DNA of 64,000 bases from Macrostomum hystrix (lineage: Eukaryota; Animalia; Platyhelminthes): assembly GCA_950097015.1 (NCBI GenBank), contig CATNEN010000033.1, forward strand, positions 496,001 to 560,000, given 5' to 3'. Shown here piece by piece: positions 61,392 to 64,000 of this stretch. The translations under genes and the position numbers were made by a program. The notes beneath the pieces are model-generated. The model was not told the DNA's origin. It ran no database searches and worked only from the letters and a program-made list of their open reading frames with translations. Position 1 is the first letter of the stretch, and every line of letters begins with the position of its first letter.

Positions 61392-61875
61392 TAACGATTG
61401 CAATCCGGCATTGCTGTCCGGGATTTAATTAAATTCTCGGGATTCTAAAAGTGACTATTTCCCGGGATGCTGTTCTACCCCGGATTAGGGATCCCGGGAT
61501 GTTCGTCCTTTAATTCTGTAGGTATGTCCAGACTTTCTTTAAGAAAATCGGACGTGAAGTCATATTGAGAAATTATTTTTACAGCATAACGACAATCGTT
61601 ATTTCTATAGTGAATTACTTCTTCCGTAAATTTGGCACATATTTAAATGTTTAATTCGTATTCGTTGTATACTCGTATGGTAAAAATGTTTTAAAAAAAC
61701 GAATTAAAGTTAAATTGACATTACTTGCCCTTGCTTCTAGGCATAGCAATCCCGGATTCCCGGGATTTTAGGAAATTTCATGCGAAAAGTTTTAGGATTT
61801 AAATCTTCAAATATTTCCGGGATTGAAATTTCGGGATTGGGATGGGGATGGGGGATCTGGAAATTGCAATCCCTA
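61392..61875. mobile_element. Degenerate MITE-like element with CCCGGGAT subterminal repeats
   Basis: Imperfect TIR TAACGATTGCAAT / ATTGCAATCCCTA and many (C)CCGGGAT motifs near both ends; no TSD seen. Confidence 0.45.
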
Positions 61876-63060
61876 AGGTGTAGCCCCATGTTGCTGCCGA
61901 ATTAATGCGGACCATAATTGCAAGTACACGAGGTGGCGGGGCAAGAGGCAGAGTCTACAGTGTGCAGAAAGCGGTGCTGGCCGTGTGAATAGTCGCATAA
62001 CATGCGTACGCCACCAACCCCTCCCTCCGTGGCTCCACCCTCCCCTCCACGCATGGACAACGGTCAGCGAGCGCTGATACACGCATTAGGGTTGACTCAA
62101 TGCAAAGTTCCAAGTTCCGAAGTGTCGACACTCACTGCGTATTTTCTGGGGCCCGACCCTCCAGAGCCAACTGCACCTGATGGGCCCGTGAAAGTGTACA
62201 ATAAAAGACGGTCAGCTCTGCTGGTATTTTAGTCTCTCGCCTGTTCTCTAACTGTTCCCTCTGTCTGTCTCTAAAGAAAGCAAATTATATCGGTCGCCAG
62301 TGCCACACCGCTCTTTCGTGGTGCACTCAGGAAAGCCCGGCCCACTATGATATCGCTGGGCCAGGAGGGCTAGCAGCTTTATTGAAGTCTAACCCTAACC
62401 CACACAGCACGCTGTAACGGGAAGAGTGAGAATTCCAAAGTGTGTGTTGGTGAGTGTTGTATCGCGTCCCACACTGCGCGCACACACACGGAGAAGTGAG
62501 GTAATGGTCGGTGTGCATGTACACTGCCAGCCAATTCGTGATCTTGATACAACTCTCTATAGACTGTACGAAGAATTTTTCTAGCACATAGCTGTCATAA
62601 GACCAACGAAAATGTCTTCCTAGGCTTTGGATCAGAATTCCAGAATTAAACTATTTATTTGTTTACTGTTAACTAGAGAGAGACCACCGGCAAATTTCAA
62701 ATAACCAAATGTTTCTTTTTTCTGTATTTCCCAAAATTCAGTTAATCGCTGTATCCTATCATCCTATGAAACGATTTCCAGAATCACAACACATTGGCAT
62801 TATCGAGATAGTCAACGATAAGCGTAATTTTTCTGTTGATCCCGGATGGTGGACTTTGACGAAAATCGGTCATTTGGTTTGGGAGCTGTCGTGAAGTAGG
62901 CAGTGGGTATTTGAAATAGAACACACTCAGGCTCACGGATACTGCAAGCAGGCACACACTCACACAGAGTTGTACATCTGCACCGACTTTCTCAGCGCAA
63001 TATAGTGTGCACCCTCACTAAGCCTTCGATAATATAAATATTCGACCAACTGAAAGCTAA

Positions 63061-63669
63061 GTGAGAATTCCAGCAGTGTCAGAGTGACGGGAAGAGTGAG
63101 AATTCCAGCAGTGTCAGAGTGACGGGAAGAGTGAGAATTCCAGCAGTGTCAGAGTGACGGGAAGAGTGAGAATTCCAGCAGTGTCAGAGTGTCTGGAAGA
63201 GTGAGAATTCCAGCAGTGTCAGAGTGTCTGGAAGAGTGAGAATTCCAGCAGTGTCAGAGTGACGGGAAGAGTGAGAATTCCAGCAGTGTCAGAGTGTCTG
63301 GAAGAGTGAGAATTCCAGCAGTGTCAGAGTGTCTGGAAGAGTGAGAATTCCAGCAGTGTCAGAGTGTCTGGAAGAGTGAGAATTCCAGCAGTGTCAGAGT
63401 GACGGGAAGAGTGAGAATTCCAGCAGTGTCAGAGTGTCTGGAAGAGTGAGAATTCCAGCAGTGTCAGAGTGACGGGAAGAGTGAGAATTCCAGCAGTGTC
63501 AGAGTGACGGGAAGAGTGAGAATTCCAGCAGTGTCAGAGTGACGGGAAGAGTGAGAATTCCAGCAGTGTCAGAGTGACGGGAAGAGTGAGAATTCCAGCA
63601 GTGTCAGAGTGACGGGAAGAGTGAGAATTCCAGCAGTGTCAGAGTGACGGGAAGAGTGAGAATTCCAGC
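63061..63669. repeat. 35-bp minisatellite (GTGAGAATTCCAGCAGTGTCAGAGTGACGGGAAGA)
   Basis: About 17 units in two variants (GACGG / GTCTG). Confidence 0.95.
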
Positions 63670-64000
63670 ATTATTAGGAATAAAAATGCAAAAACCTGTC
63701 CTCTATTGTCATGCTGGCGGGGCACCCTGTCAGGTGCATTGTGGGAGAAGTCCTGCATTCGCATCCCGAAGTACTCCGAGCTAGTTTGGAATAAGCTTAG
63801 GCCAGGCAGACGGGGAGCAAGTTAGAGAACGGGGCAGCACCATCCAGGTAGGCAGGCAAGAGGAAAGCTGCTTAAGATTAGCATTCAGACGGGGAAATCG
63901 GTGAATATTACTCGATAAGCTTGAGGAAAGGGGAAGAATTTTAGGAAAGGAGAATAATTAGAGGAAATGGGGAGAATCGGATGAAAGAAGAAGAATTGGA

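Overview
Eukaryotic (metazoan) genomic DNA with GT-AG introns, GC-rich exons and introns packed with minisatellites. The overall style resembles a free-living flatworm such as Macrostomum (inference only). Manual splice reconstruction gives these genes: two tandem secreted WSC-domain genes (-), one completed by a PAN/apple-like exon; a 5-exon slicer-type PIWI gene (+, about 932 aa); an intronless ACSF2-like acyl-CoA synthetase (-); a gene of at least 12 exons encoding an RP1-like protein with 2 DCX, 4 PLAT and fascin-like domains (-), carrying RFX X-boxes and a nested intronless EGF-FN2-FN2 gene (+); and a 4-exon HR96/DAF-12-like (NR1J) nuclear receptor (-). Mobile DNA includes an intact Ty3/Gypsy LTR retrotransposon (identical 168-bp LTRs, 5-bp TSD, single gag-pol ORF) inserted antisense in piwi intron 1, a truncated Penelope-like element with hammerhead ribozyme motifs and an inverted terminal repeat, LINE and BEL/Pao relics, and a tRNA-derived SINE family. 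Top leads: the young retrotransposon inside piwi, tandem arrays built from splice-donor sequence, and the Penelope ribozyme/hairpin next to a host splice donor. There are no CRISPR arrays or rRNA genes, and I could not support an intact tRNA gene. All coordinates were read by hand and no searches were run.
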